NCBI GenBank assembly: GCA_937766455.1
Contig: CALLXD010000015.1
Coordinates: 700-64,699, forward strand
DNA: 64,000 bases
Source: Vicinamibacterales bacterium
GTDB taxonomy: Bacteria > Acidobacteriota > Vicinamibacteria > Vicinamibacterales > UBA8438
Direction of reading: 5' to 3'
This document shows positions 44,465 to 54,137 of the stretch, one piece after another (positions within the stretch are counted from its first letter, which is position 1; each line of letters begins with the position of its first letter). A program made the position numbers and the translations under genes. The notes below the pieces were generated by a model. The model searched no databases and was not told where the DNA came from. It worked only from the letters and a program-made list of their open reading frames with translations.

Positions 44465-45712
44465 TCAATCTTCGATCGCGTTGTACACCAGGGCCTTGAA
44501 CTCCTCGCGGAATCCGTTGCCGCGCGACGGTGAGACGGCAGCCATGATGACGACGACAAGATCGTGCTCGGGATCGATCGAGAACCGCGTGCCCGATGAA
44601 CCGTCCCACCAGTATTCGCCATCGCCGACCGGAAAGTCATAGGCGCTGTCGTCCAGGACGACATTGAAGCCGAGGCCCCAGCCGGAACCGGCCATGTAGC
44701 CGCCTCCGATTGGCATGACCGTGTCGGGGAGGTGATTGCGAGTCATCAAGGCGACGGTATCGGCCCTCAGCACCCGCATCCCATCGAGCACGCCTCCGTT
44801 GAGAAACATCTGCGAAAACCGCACGTAATCCATCACGGAGGACAGCAGGCCAACGCCCCCTTCAATGAGGGTTGGCCGCTCCGTGAACGGTACGCGTTCG
44901 ATGGCGTATGGGCGTAGCGCGCCGGTCTCACGGTCCGGCCGATACACGCTCGTTAATCGCGCGGCCCGGTCGCCGTCGGCCCAGAAGACCGTGTCGGTCA
45001 TGCGGAGTGGGTCGAGGACCCGCTGCTGCAGAAATTCGTCGAACGGTTGGCCGGACCAGACTTCGACGAGCCGTCCGAGCACGGTCGTGGAGATCCCGTA
45101 GCGAAACCGTGTGCCTGGATCCTCAAAGAGCGGTACGCGCGCCGCGTTGTCGACCATCTGCGCCAGGGAGAGCGACCGAAGCCGAACACCTTCAGACCGA
45201 TAGATGGCTGAGCTGCGGCTCCCGATGCCGGACGAGTGGGTGAGCAAGTGGCGCACCGTGATGTCCCCGTCGCGCGCGCGGGTCCGGGCCATGTCAGGGT
45301 CGGCACTGTCCTCGAACACGCGTTGGTCCGCAAACTGCGGGAGGTAGAGCGAGATCGGATCGTCGAGCTGGAATTTGCCTTCCTCCCACAGCACCATGAC
45401 CGCCGTACTGGTGATGGGGCGGGTCATCGAATAGAGGCGGAAGATCGCGTCCTCTGGCATGGCGTCGCCCGTGTCCAGGTCTCGCTGGCCGAGGGCCTCG
45501 AGGTATGCCAGGTGGCCGTGTCGGACCACGGCCGCGACGACGCCCGCGATGCTCCCTGCATCCACATGGGCCTGCAGCGCCTCGGTCGCCTGGGTAAGCC
45601 CGTTCGAGGAGAGCCCCACCGATTCGGGTGTTGCCGGCTGGAGATCCTGGGCCGCTGTCTGCGGCACGGCCGCGAGCCATGCCAGTGCGAACGCGGTAGA
45701 TGTGAGCTTCAT
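44465..45712 (-). CDS. Beta-lactamase-family (class C/PBP-like) serine hydrolase homologue with atypical S-x-x-R motif, exported
   Basis: It has a signal peptide (MKLTSTAFALAWLAAVPQTAAQ) and family blocks AGVVAAVVRHG, FRLYSMTRPITSTAVM and WWDGSSGT. The position normally occupied by Lys in SxxK is Arg (codon CGC). The track ORF is extended upstream to 46078. Confidence 0.8.
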   Translation of the reverse strand: MKLTSTAFALAWLAAVPQTAAQDLQPATPESVGLSSNGLTQATEALQAHVDAGSIAGVVAAVVRHGHLAYLEALGQRDLDTGDAMPEDAIFRLYSMTRPITSTAVMVLWEEGKFQLDDPISLYLPQFADQRVFEDSADPDMARTRARDGDITVRHLLTHSSGIGSRSSAIYRSEGVRLRSLSLAQMVDNAARVPLFEDPGTRFRYGISTTVLGRLVEVWSGQPFDEFLQQRVLDPLRMTDTVFWADGDRAARLTSVYRPDRETGALRPYAIERVPFTERPTLIEGGVGLLSSVMDYVRFSQMFLNGGVLDGMRVLRADTVALMTRNHLPDTVMPIGGGYMAGSGWGLGFNVVLDDSAYDFPVGDGEYWWDGSSGTRFSIDPEHDLVVVIMAAVSPSRGNGFREEFKALVYNAIED

Positions 45713-45806
45713 GGGAACCTCCGTGACTCCGCGCATCGTAGCAGTTTCGGCGGCGGGAGCTGATGATGACCAGCGGTATAATCCGACGTTTGTGGGAGTC
45801 ACTGGA

Positions 45807-48098
45807 ATGACACACGGGCGCCGGGCGGCGTGCGGGATGGCACTGTGCGCGCTTCTTGGCGTCGGAGTGAGCGGCGTACACGCCCAGCCGGGGAAGCAGG
45901 CCGCCAGCGACGTGTCGCTCGGGTTGAGTCCCGGGCGGCCACGCGTACGGCCCGTACGGGTGGACACGCCTCCCGTCATCGACGGCAGGCTGGATGACGA
46001 GGCGTGGCAGAGTGCCGCGGTCCTGACCACGTTTGTGCAGCAGTCGCCGTTGGAAGGGGCGCCGGCCACCGAGCCCACCGAGGTCTACATCGCCTACGAT
46101 AGCGACCATCTCTACTTCGGGTTTGCGGTGCACTATTCGGATCCGTCCATCATGCGAGCCAATCGGGTCGACCGCGACCGCGCGCCGCAGGATGACCTGA
46201 TGACCGTGTATCTGGATACGTTCCTCGACCAGCAACGGTCCTACGACTTCGACGTCAACGGATACGGCGTGCAGGGGGACGGGATCATCGACTCGGTTGG
46301 TGGCCGATCGCAGGCCATTCCGTTTGCGGATCGGTCATGGGACGCGCTCTTCGACACCGCGGGCCAGGTCGTTGATGACGGGTTCCGGGCCGAGATGGCG
46401 ATTCCGTTCAAGAGCCTGCGGTATCCGCGCCGCGCCTCCGGCGAGGCGCACCAATGGGGCTTCCAGATCGTCCGTGAGATCAAGGGAAAGAATCTCGAGA
46501 ACGACGTGTGGGCACCGATGTCGCGCGACGAGCCGAGTTTCATGACGCAGATGGGGCTGATCGAAGGGATGACCGGGCTCTCTACCAGCCGCAACCTCGA
46601 GCTGCTACCGACGTTTACGGCGATCAAATTTGGGGCGCTGGATGAGACGACGAGCGTCTTCGAGACCGGCGACACGCAGCCGGACGCGGGGATGAACGTG
46701 AAATATGGTGTGACGTCGAATCTGATCGCAGACTTCACGGTCAATCCCGATTTCTCGCAGGTCGAACTGGACCGACCCCAGATCGAGGTCAACCGGCGGT
46801 TCCCGCTGTTCTTTCCGGAGTTGCGCCCCTTCTTTCTCGAAGGCGCAGAGACGTTCAGTGTGCGGGGACCGGTGACCTTCGTGCATACCAGAACCATCGT
46901 CGACCCGCGGGTGGGCGCAAAGTTGAGCGGCAAAGCCGGGAATACCGCGCTTGGGGTGCTGTTCGCTGACGACGAGGCGCCGGGCAACTTCGACGACCCC
47001 GAGGGGGGCGGTTTCGGGAAAACGGCGAAGACGTTTATCGGTCGCGTGAAACATGACCTGTACACGGAGTCGCATATCGGCGGGATGTTCACGAACCGTG
47101 AGTTTGCCGGGAATTACAGCCGGCTGGGGATGTTCGACGGTGACTTTCGACTTGGCAGCACGCATACGCTGGGCTACCGGGTCGCGGGGACACAGCGTCG
47201 GGATGACGGCGACGCGGACGGGCAGGAGACCACGGGGTATTTGTGGGACGTCGACTTTCGAAAACAGGGACGGAACCTGAGTTACTTCATCGCCAGCTTT
47301 GCCCTCTCGCCAGATTTCGAGACGGATTCCGGATTTGTGCGTCGACAGGATCAGAAACGGACGTTCGGGAATCTGAGCTACCAGTGGTGGCCGGAGTCGT
47401 GGCTCATCAACTGGGGCCCCCAGGTTGGATATGGGCGCTTGTTTGACTTCGAGGGTGTACTCCAGGACGAGAATACGTCCGCTGGGGTGGACTTTCAGTT
47501 TGCGAAAAGTATCAGCGCCGGCGTCAATGCCAGCCGGGATCTCGAGCGGTTCGAAGGGATCGACTTCATACAGAACCGCGTCAAAGTCAACGGGCGTATC
47601 AACACGAGCCGGTCGTTCCAACTCGGGGCTGGATTCAACGCCGGTGACCAACTGTTCTTCGACGTCGACAACCCGTTCCTGGGGCGCGGGATCGGAGGAA
47701 ACCTCAATGCCACGCTCCGACCTGTGTCGCGGTTCCAGTCACGACTCAGTTTCGATGTGAGCCGTCTGACAGACCCGCGGAATGGTGACGTCGAGGTCTT
47801 CAACGTGAAGATCCTACGGGCCCAAAGCACGTACCAGTTTACCGATCGGCTGCTGCTGCGGAACATCACGCAATTCAACACGTTTGACGACACCATCGAC
47901 TTGAATGTGCTCTTTACGTATCGCGTCAATGCCGGTACCGTGTTCTATGGCGGCTATGATGACCACTATCAACAAGCGGATCGTCTCGGGAACGATCTCG
48001 ACGGCGATGGGATAGACGACCCGTTTCTACTGACACAGGATTTTCGGCGCACCAACCGCGCCATCTTCATGAAGGTGCAGTATCTGTTTCGGTTCTAG
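45807..48098 (+). CDS. DUF5916 / carbohydrate-binding-family-9-like outer-membrane protein
   Basis: It has a signal peptide, the N-terminal block PPVIDGRLDDEAWQSAAVLTTFVQQSPLEGAPATEPTEVYIAYDSDHLYFGF, a long beta-rich C-terminal part and a terminal aromatic residue (YLFRF). Confidence 0.75.
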   Translation: MTHGRRAACGMALCALLGVGVSGVHAQPGKQAASDVSLGLSPGRPRVRPVRVDTPPVIDGRLDDEAWQSAAVLTTFVQQSPLEGAPATEPTEVYIAYDSDHLYFGFAVHYSDPSIMRANRVDRDRAPQDDLMTVYLDTFLDQQRSYDFDVNGYGVQGDGIIDSVGGRSQAIPFADRSWDALFDTAGQVVDDGFRAEMAIPFKSLRYPRRASGEAHQWGFQIVREIKGKNLENDVWAPMSRDEPSFMTQMGLIEGMTGLSTSRNLELLPTFTAIKFGALDETTSVFETGDTQPDAGMNVKYGVTSNLIADFTVNPDFSQVELDRPQIEVNRRFPLFFPELRPFFLEGAETFSVRGPVTFVHTRTIVDPRVGAKLSGKAGNTALGVLFADDEAPGNFDDPEGGGFGKTAKTFIGRVKHDLYTESHIGGMFTNREFAGNYSRLGMFDGDFRLGSTHTLGYRVAGTQRRDDGDADGQETTGYLWDVDFRKQGRNLSYFIASFALSPDFETDSGFVRRQDQKRTFGNLSYQWWPESWLINWGPQVGYGRLFDFEGVLQDENTSAGVDFQFAKSISAGVNASRDLERFEGIDFIQNRVKVNGRINTSRSFQLGAGFNAGDQLFFDVDNPFLGRGIGGNLNATLRPVSRFQSRLSFDVSRLTDPRNGDVEVFNVKILRAQSTYQFTDRLLLRNITQFNTFDDTIDLNVLFTYRVNAGTVFYGGYDDHYQQADRLGNDLDGDGIDDPFLLTQDFRRTNRAIFMKVQYLFRF

Positions 48099-48169
48099 TG
48101 GTCCGTCGTGACAGCGCCGGTCGCATGCAGCGCTCCCGCGGTCCGGACAACGCTGGGTGGAGAATCCAG

Positions 48170-49405
48170 ATGAGCATGAGTAAACGCATCGGTGTTGGTT
48201 TGTCTACGCTGGCGGCGCTCGCCACCATCGTGCCGCAGGCCTGGGCGCAGGACTGGCCACAGTGGCGTGGACCGAGCCGAGACGGGTCGGTCACGGCGTT
48301 CGACGTCCCGTCTGTCTGGCCGCCCGGACTCGACGAGCAGTGGTCGGTCGAGGTCGGTTTCGGCTACGCGTCACCGATTCTGATCGGTGACGTGGTCTAC
48401 ATGTTCACCCGTCAAGGCGACGACGAGGTCATGATGGCGCTGGCCGCAGGGTCAGGGGAGACTCGCTGGGTCACACGCTATCCCGCGCCGTTCACCATGA
48501 TGGCGGCGACCCGCAACCATGGGCCGGGACCGAAATCGACCCCGTCGTACGCCGACGGACGCCTCTTCACCCTGGGCATCAGCGGTATCGTGACCGCCTT
48601 TGACGCCGCTACCGGCGACCAGCTGTGGCAGCGGCCACCCGATGCAGTGGAGCCGCTGTACCACACCGGGCAGTCTCCCTATGTCGATGGTGACCAGGTC
48701 ATTCTGCACGTCGGCGGTCAGGACGCTGGCGCGCTGACCGCCTTTGACGTCGCCACCGGAGCGGTGCGGTGGCAGTGGGACGGCGACGGGCCGGCCTATG
48801 GGTCGCCGATCGTCGTCGAGGTCGAGGGCGTTCGCCAGGTCATCACCTTTACGCAGGAGAATTTTGTGGGCGTCAACGCCGACACCGGTCGATTGTTGTG
48901 GCGCCGGCCCTACACGACCCAGTCGACCACGACGTCCCAGACACCGCGCTTGTATCAGGGGGATGTCATCGAGTCCGGTCGCGGGAATGGCATTACCCGG
49001 TTTCGGGTTGTTCGAGAAGGCAACGCGTGGACGACGGAGGACGTTTGGCACGCGGATGAGGTGTCACTGCACATGACCAACGGGGTTGTGGTCGACGGCG
49101 TCTTGTTCGGCTTGTCACACCTCAACAGCGGCCAGTATTTCGGCCTCGATCTCGATAACGGCGACGTGCTGTGGACCAGCGAGCCGCGCCAGGCCGACAA
49201 CGCTGCCATCCTCAACGTCGGGACGACGATTCTGTCGCTGGAGGAGGATGCGGAGCTGGTGATCGTGGAGCACAGTCGAACCGGCTTCGAGCCCGTCCGG
49301 CGCTACGAGGTGGCCGATAGCTCCACGTGGACGCTTCCGACGCTGTCCGGGAACCGAATGTTTGTCAAAGACGAGGAGTCGCTGACACTCTGGGTCGTCA
49401 AGTAG
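48170..49405 (+). CDS. PQQ-like (BamB-type) beta-propeller protein, exported
   Basis: It has a signal peptide (LSTLAALATIVPQAWA), the DWPQWRGPSRDGS entry motif and repeated propeller blades (..TGDQLWQ.., ..TGAVRWQW.., ..TGRLLWRR..). Confidence 0.8.
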   Translation: MSMSKRIGVGLSTLAALATIVPQAWAQDWPQWRGPSRDGSVTAFDVPSVWPPGLDEQWSVEVGFGYASPILIGDVVYMFTRQGDDEVMMALAAGSGETRWVTRYPAPFTMMAATRNHGPGPKSTPSYADGRLFTLGISGIVTAFDAATGDQLWQRPPDAVEPLYHTGQSPYVDGDQVILHVGGQDAGALTAFDVATGAVRWQWDGDGPAYGSPIVVEVEGVRQVITFTQENFVGVNADTGRLLWRRPYTTQSTTTSQTPRLYQGDVIESGRGNGITRFRVVREGNAWTTEDVWHADEVSLHMTNGVVVDGVLFGLSHLNSGQYFGLDLDNGDVLWTSEPRQADNAAILNVGTTILSLEEDAELVIVEHSRTGFEPVRRYEVADSSTWTLPTLSGNRMFVKDEESLTLWVVK

Positions 49406-49479
49406 ACGGGGTCGACCCGCTGACGCCCTGCCCCGCTGACCCCCTGAAGACGAAGCGAACAACCGTAGAGGAGAACATC

Positions 49480-50139
49480 ATGTCATTGAGCATCAACAGT
49501 ACTGCGCCGGATTTCACGGCGAAAACGACGCAGGGCACCATCAATTTTCACGAGTGGATCGGCGACGGGTGGGTGGTCTTGTGCTCCCATCCGAAGGACT
49601 TTACGCCGGTCTGCACCACGGAGCTGGGTACCCTGGCGGGCCTGCAGGGCGAATTCGAGAAGCGGAACTGCAAGATTCTCGGGATCAGCGTCGACGGCGT
49701 GAGCAAACACGAGGCGTGGTCGAAAGACATCGAAGCGTCACAGGGGCACGCGGTCGGGTATCCGCTCATCGGTGACCCCACCTTGGCCATCGTCAAGGCC
49801 TACGACATGCTGCCAGCCGACGCCGGCGACACCAGCGAGGGACGCACGCCGGCCGACAACGCCACAGCCCGTTCGGTCTTCGTGATTGGTCCAGACAAGA
49901 AGATCAAGGCCACGATTACCTATCCGATGAGCACCGGTCGCAACTTTAACGAGATCGTGCGTTTGCTCGACTCGTGCCAGCTCACGGCGCAGAAGAAGGT
50001 GGCCACGCCGGCCAACTGGAATCAGGGAGATAAGGTCATCATCCTCCCGTCGGTCTCCGATGAGGAGGCGAAGGCCACCTATCCAGACGGATGGGAGCAG
50101 CCGCTGCCCTACATCCGCGTTGTGCCGCAGCCGAAGTAA
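49480..50139 (+). CDS. 1-Cys peroxiredoxin (Prx6-type)
   Basis: It has the PDFTAKTTQG...WVVLCSHPKDFTPVCTTELG peroxidatic-Cys block and the VATPANW block. A GAGGAG Shine-Dalgarno sequence lies upstream. Confidence 0.93.
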   Translation: MSLSINSTAPDFTAKTTQGTINFHEWIGDGWVVLCSHPKDFTPVCTTELGTLAGLQGEFEKRNCKILGISVDGVSKHEAWSKDIEASQGHAVGYPLIGDPTLAIVKAYDMLPADAGDTSEGRTPADNATARSVFVIGPDKKIKATITYPMSTGRNFNEIVRLLDSCQLTAQKKVATPANWNQGDKVIILPSVSDEEAKATYPDGWEQPLPYIRVVPQPK

Positions 50140-50177
50140 GTGGGCCCGTGCCCTCACGGGCGACAGGCCGCTGTTCA

Positions 50178-50222
50178 CCGTCCGGGGGGACTGCCATGAT
50201 GGGCCCTCCGGACGGTTTTTTT
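50178..50222 (+). terminator. Rho-independent terminator candidate after the peroxiredoxin gene
   Basis: CCGTCCGG (50178-50185) pairs with CCGGACGG (50208-50215). A T7 run follows at 50216-50222. The loop is long (22 nt). Confidence 0.55.
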
Positions 50223-50272
50223 GTGGCGCTAGGGGATATGATCGACGCCTCTCGCGCTTGCCAAGGTCAGAT

Positions 50273-50755
50273 ATGCCATCTTTCGACGTCGTCTCAGAAG
50301 TCAATATGCAGGAAGTCCTGAATGCGGTGAATCAGGCTACCCGAGAGGTCGGAACACGGTTCGACTTCAAAGGGAAGAATGTGAAGTTCGAGCTGGACGG
50401 CTCGGCGATCACGATGACAGCGCCGGACAAGTTCCAGCTGAGTCAGATGTACGACATTCTCACCGCGAAAATGGTGTCCCGTAAGGTCAACGTCAAGTGT
50501 CTCGAGCGCGAGGACGCGCAGGAGAGCGTGGCGGACGCCCGGCAGGTGGTGAAGGTGCGCCAAGGCATCGAGAGCGACCTCGCGCGCCGTCTGATGAAAT
50601 CCATCAAGGATGCCAAGGTCAAAGTGCAGGTGGCGGTTCAGGGCGATCAGCTCCGCGTGACTGGCAAGAAGCGCGACATGCTGCAAGAGGTCATCAGCCT
50701 TCTCAAAGCTGAGAAGGTCGATATGCCGCTTCAGTTCACCAATTTTCGGGATTGA
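50273..50755 (+). CDS. yajQ: YajQ-family nucleotide (c-di-GMP)-binding protein
   Basis: 160 aa. MPSFDVVSEVNMQEVLNAVNQATREVGTRFDFKG and the C-terminal PLQFTNFRD are hallmark YajQ sequences. Confidence 0.93.
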   Translation: MPSFDVVSEVNMQEVLNAVNQATREVGTRFDFKGKNVKFELDGSAITMTAPDKFQLSQMYDILTAKMVSRKVNVKCLEREDAQESVADARQVVKVRQGIESDLARRLMKSIKDAKVKVQVAVQGDQLRVTGKKRDMLQEVISLLKAEKVDMPLQFTNFRD

Positions 50756-51131
50756 TGCCGTCCTGGCAGACCGCGTCGTTGCGGCACGCAGCGTGGCGCC
50801 GGTAGCCGATGGTCCTCATGACATGACACCACGCACCGATTTGCAGGCCGCGGGCGACCGCGACCTTCGTGCCGACTTGCTGGCCGACCGGGCCGACGGA
50901 CACGTCTCGGCCACGGAAATCGAGGTCGTCAGAGACATTGCCATGCGGGTTGAGGTTGACCTCGAGCTGGTGAGCTGTGTGCTCGACCCGACCTCGGACG
51001 GGTGTGCGTCGAGCGCCCTCCCGTGACGGGGGCGCGTCTGGCGGACTTGCATCTGCCTGACGCATGCCAGAGGATCGTTGTTTCAACACGGCTGCCGACG
51101 GGTCACGGCTCGATGGCGGAGAAGGAGAAGG

Positions 51132-52370
51132 ATGCACACACTTAAAGGACGTCGAGGGGTTGCGCTTGCGGTGGCCTGTCTGACCGCGGTTGCGGCCATT
51201 GGGTTGGGTCAGGCGTTGCTCAATTCTACGGAGGCGGCGCAGGGCGACATGGTGTACGGTCCGATGTTTGAGGTGGACCCGCTGTGGCCGAAGCCGATGC
51301 CGAACCACTGGCTACTCGGGACCACGATCGGCGTGTCCGTCGACAACCGTGACCATATCTGGATCATTCACCGCGGCGATTCGCTGGCCGCCGGCGAAGT
51401 GCCCGCGGCGCAGGACCCGCCGGTTGCGGCCGAGTGTTGTCAGCCCGCGCCGCCGGTGCTCGAGTTTGATCAGGACGGTACGCTCGTCGGTTCCTGGGGC
51501 GGACCTGGAGAGGGCTACGAATGGCCCGTGTCCAATCACGGCATTTTTGTCGACCACATGGACAACGTGTGGATTGGTGGCAACGGCGGTTCAGACTCTC
51601 ATCTTCTGAAGTTCACCCGCTTCGGCAAATTCTTGATGCAGGTCGGGGCGGCCGGAGCCCGCATGACCGGTCCGGTCAGCGAAACGACAGGGCAGCCGTC
51701 GGCAGTGCCAGATAGCAACTCGACCGATAGCTTCGGCCGCGTCGCGAAGATCTACGTCGACCCCAAAGACAATGAGGCGTATATCGCCGACGGCTACTTC
51801 AACAAGCGCGTCGTCGTGCTTGATGCCGACACCGGCGCCTTTAAGCGCTTCTGGGGTGCCTACGGCAATACCCCGGACGACTCCGATCTCGGTCGCTATG
51901 ACCCGAACGCGGAGCCGCCCCAGCAGTTCCGGACTCCGGTGCATTGCGCTGAGCTGTCGAATGATGGGTTGGTGTATGTCTGCGACCGCGTGGGCGACCG
52001 GATTCAGGTGTTCCAGAAGGACGGCACCTACGTTGAGGAGCTGTTCGTGGCCAAGGACACGCTGGGCGCCGGCTCCGTGTGGGATATCGCGTTTTCGCGC
52101 GACACAGACCAGAAGTACATCTACCTGGCGGATGGCGTGAACGAGAAGGTCTACATCATCGATCGCCGGGAGATGGAAATCATCTCCAGTTTCGGTGACG
52201 GCGGGCGCCAGCCAGGGCAGTTCTACGGCGCTCACAGCATCATGACCGACTCACACGGCAACATCTACGTCACCGAGACGTTTGAAGGCAAGCGACTGCA
52301 GAAGTTCGTATACAAGGGCGAAGGCGCGATTCGCGCCCCGAATCAGGGCGTGGTCTGGCCGAGTAACTAA
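51132..52370 (+). CDS. NHL-repeat six-bladed propeller, peptidyl-alpha-hydroxyglycine alpha-amidating lyase (PAL)-like, exported
   Basis: A GAAGGAGAAGG Shine-Dalgarno sequence precedes ATG 51132, and a signal peptide follows. The blocks HGIFVDHMDNVWIGG, IADGYFNKRVVVLDADTGAFKRFWG and VCDRVGDRIQVFQKDG parallel the PAL blocks SDGYCNSRIVQFSPSGKF..WG and ADRENGRIQCF as I recall them. Confidence 0.7.
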   Translation: MHTLKGRRGVALAVACLTAVAAIGLGQALLNSTEAAQGDMVYGPMFEVDPLWPKPMPNHWLLGTTIGVSVDNRDHIWIIHRGDSLAAGEVPAAQDPPVAAECCQPAPPVLEFDQDGTLVGSWGGPGEGYEWPVSNHGIFVDHMDNVWIGGNGGSDSHLLKFTRFGKFLMQVGAAGARMTGPVSETTGQPSAVPDSNSTDSFGRVAKIYVDPKDNEAYIADGYFNKRVVVLDADTGAFKRFWGAYGNTPDDSDLGRYDPNAEPPQQFRTPVHCAELSNDGLVYVCDRVGDRIQVFQKDGTYVEELFVAKDTLGAGSVWDIAFSRDTDQKYIYLADGVNEKVYIIDRREMEIISSFGDGGRQPGQFYGAHSIMTDSHGNIYVTETFEGKRLQKFVYKGEGAIRAPNQGVVWPSN

Positions 52371-52399
52371 CGACTGGACAGGGCCGCAGGGTGTACAGA

Positions 52400-52433
52400 G
52401 GGGGGACCGCACGGGCGGTCCCCCCCTTTTTTT
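52400..52433 (+). terminator. Rho-independent terminator after the NHL-propeller gene
   Basis: GGGGGGACCG-CACGGG-CGGTCCCCCC (10-bp stem) followed by a T7 run. Confidence 0.85.
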
Positions 52434-52453
52434 GTGGCCGCCTGACGCGCACC

Positions 52454-53458
52454 TCAGAACATCGCGATTGGGTTCACGGGCGATCCGGTGCCGTTCGGGA
52501 TCGGGAGCGGGGCGATGGTGACCATGAACTCCCATTGTTCGCGTTCGGCCGCGGCCGTGGCGAGGGCCTGGAAGTCGGCGCGGTCCAGCACCTGAATGCC
52601 GAGAATCGTCAACGCGAAGTTGTGCAACGCCAGTCGTGAGATGTCTCCGTCGGGCTGGGGCATATAGCCCGGGGTTTCCCAGCCGGCGACCGCGACGTTC
52701 CGCTGTTTGAGCCACGGGATGACGTTGTTGTCCAGTCCGGCCGCTTCCGCGCCGGTGTCGAATGGGCCCAGTGCGTCTTGGCGGGCCCAGCGGCCCCATC
52801 GAATCAAGAACGCGTCTCCCGAACCAACCTTGACGCCTGTGCGCGCCTCCCACGCTTCCAGGTCGGCCACCGTGATGCGGGTGCCCGGTTCAAGATAGGG
52901 CACACCTTTCAACCGCGGAATGTCGTACAGCACGCCTCGTGTCACAAGACCGTTCTTGACCGCCATGATGGAGTTCTTCGCGGCGCCGCCCTCCATCGTG
53001 ACGAGTCCGTCGACGTCATAGCCATTCCACATCTTGCCGTCGAAAAAGATGTGGGCGAACGCATCGAGGTGAGTGGTGCCTGGCCCATGGATGCAGGGGT
53101 AGGCCACGGTGTCGCTGGCCGAGGCGCGCGACGCACGGACCATCGACCACGCGATGGGGCACGGATTATCGAGACTCTCATATGTTTGCGCCGTTGACGA
53201 CAGCGACACCGTGAAGCCCTCGCTCACGAGGTTTGCCGCCTCGGCCCGCTTCGCCGGGGTGATGAGGTTTGCGGCCCCGAGCTCGTCTTTCGGTCCCCAA
53301 CGGCCCCAGTTGGAGAGTTCGGTCTGCCACCGCTCATACTGCTCGGCGCTCACGAGCGGAGCACTGGAGGCCGGTTGCTGGGCGCTCGTGGCCGGGACGA
53401 GGGCTGACACCAAGATGGCGACGGCCGCGCTCCACCCGATTCGGGTCGATATAGACAT
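52454..53458 (-). CDS. Cyclase-family protein (kynurenine-formamidase-like), Sec signal; paralogue of 20311..21393
   Basis: It has a signal peptide (AAVAILVSALVPATSA), NWGRWGPKDELGAANLITP, IHGPGTTHLDAFAH and the C-terminus GSPVNPIAMF. Confidence 0.85.
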   Translation of the reverse strand: MSISTRIGWSAAVAILVSALVPATSAQQPASSAPLVSAEQYERWQTELSNWGRWGPKDELGAANLITPAKRAEAANLVSEGFTVSLSSTAQTYESLDNPCPIAWSMVRASRASASDTVAYPCIHGPGTTHLDAFAHIFFDGKMWNGYDVDGLVTMEGGAAKNSIMAVKNGLVTRGVLYDIPRLKGVPYLEPGTRITVADLEAWEARTGVKVGSGDAFLIRWGRWARQDALGPFDTGAEAAGLDNNVIPWLKQRNVAVAGWETPGYMPQPDGDISRLALHNFALTILGIQVLDRADFQALATAAAEREQWEFMVTIAPLPIPNGTGSPVNPIAMF

Positions 53459-53616
53459 GCCGCATCTTATCCCGCAGCGAAGGTTCCGTCCTGCCTTCTG
53501 GGATGATGCGCACGGAGGAGGGCGCTATAATCCCGAGACTGCGCACAAGGACGGGTGCCGGGCGGATGCCTGGCGCGAGCGGCGTGGACACGACGGCTGG
53601 GCGAGAGGGAGACAAG

Positions 53617-54102
53617 ATGCGAACGAGGATGGGGTTGCTTGTGGCGGCCGCGCTGATGGCGGGATCCTGCGCTGAGGAGGCGCCGGCGGGACCGCCGTTT
53701 CGTACCGACACCAGCGTGCGGATGTTGATGGCAAATATGGTGGATCCGGCCGCCGACCTGTTGTGGGACGCCGTGGGGACCGTCATCGACGAGACCGGTG
53801 AAACCCGCTGGGAGCCGGAGACCGAGGAAGATTGGCTGCAGGTGCGTCTGGGTGCGATGGCCATTGCCGAGACCGCGAATCTGCTGATGATGGACGGCCG
53901 CGCTCGCGATCAGGAGCAATGGATCGAGATGTCGCAGGGGATGGCCGATGCGGCGATGCTCGCCTTCGCCGCTGCCGAGGCTGAGGATGCCGAGGAAATC
54001 TTCGATCTGGGCGAGACCGTGTACAACAGTTGCAACGCGTGTCACGGGGTGTATTGGATCGACGATGCGGACCGAGGCCGCGCCGTCACACCTGAACCCT
54101 GA
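53617..54102 (+). CDS. Class II (c'-type, four-helix-bundle-like) cytochrome c lipoprotein
   Basis: It has a lipobox signal (LLVAAALMAGSC), helical content and a single CNACH heme motif near the C-terminus. Confidence 0.7.
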   Translation: MRTRMGLLVAAALMAGSCAEEAPAGPPFRTDTSVRMLMANMVDPAADLLWDAVGTVIDETGETRWEPETEEDWLQVRLGAMAIAETANLLMMDGRARDQEQWIEMSQGMADAAMLAFAAAEAEDAEEIFDLGETVYNSCNACHGVYWIDDADRGRAVTPEP

Positions 54103-54137
54103 ACCCTGAGCCCGCGTGGCCCCGCTGACTCCGTCGC

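Noticed and set aside
50793-51131. Small acidic ORF (50793-51026) whose TGA is in frame with the NHL-propeller ORF; considered as a second Sec read-through or a small gene
   Set aside because: The downstream gene has its own strong Shine-Dalgarno sequence (GAAGGAGAAGG) and a complete signal peptide starting at 51132. The read-through segment is Arg/Cys-rich nonsense, and no redox motif surrounds the TGA. Coding status of the 77-aa ORF itself remains unproven.
53526-53531. TATAAT hexamer upstream of the first cytochrome c' gene as a promoter
   Set aside because: There is no acceptable -35 element at 16-18 nt spacing. A lone hexamer is insufficient evidence.
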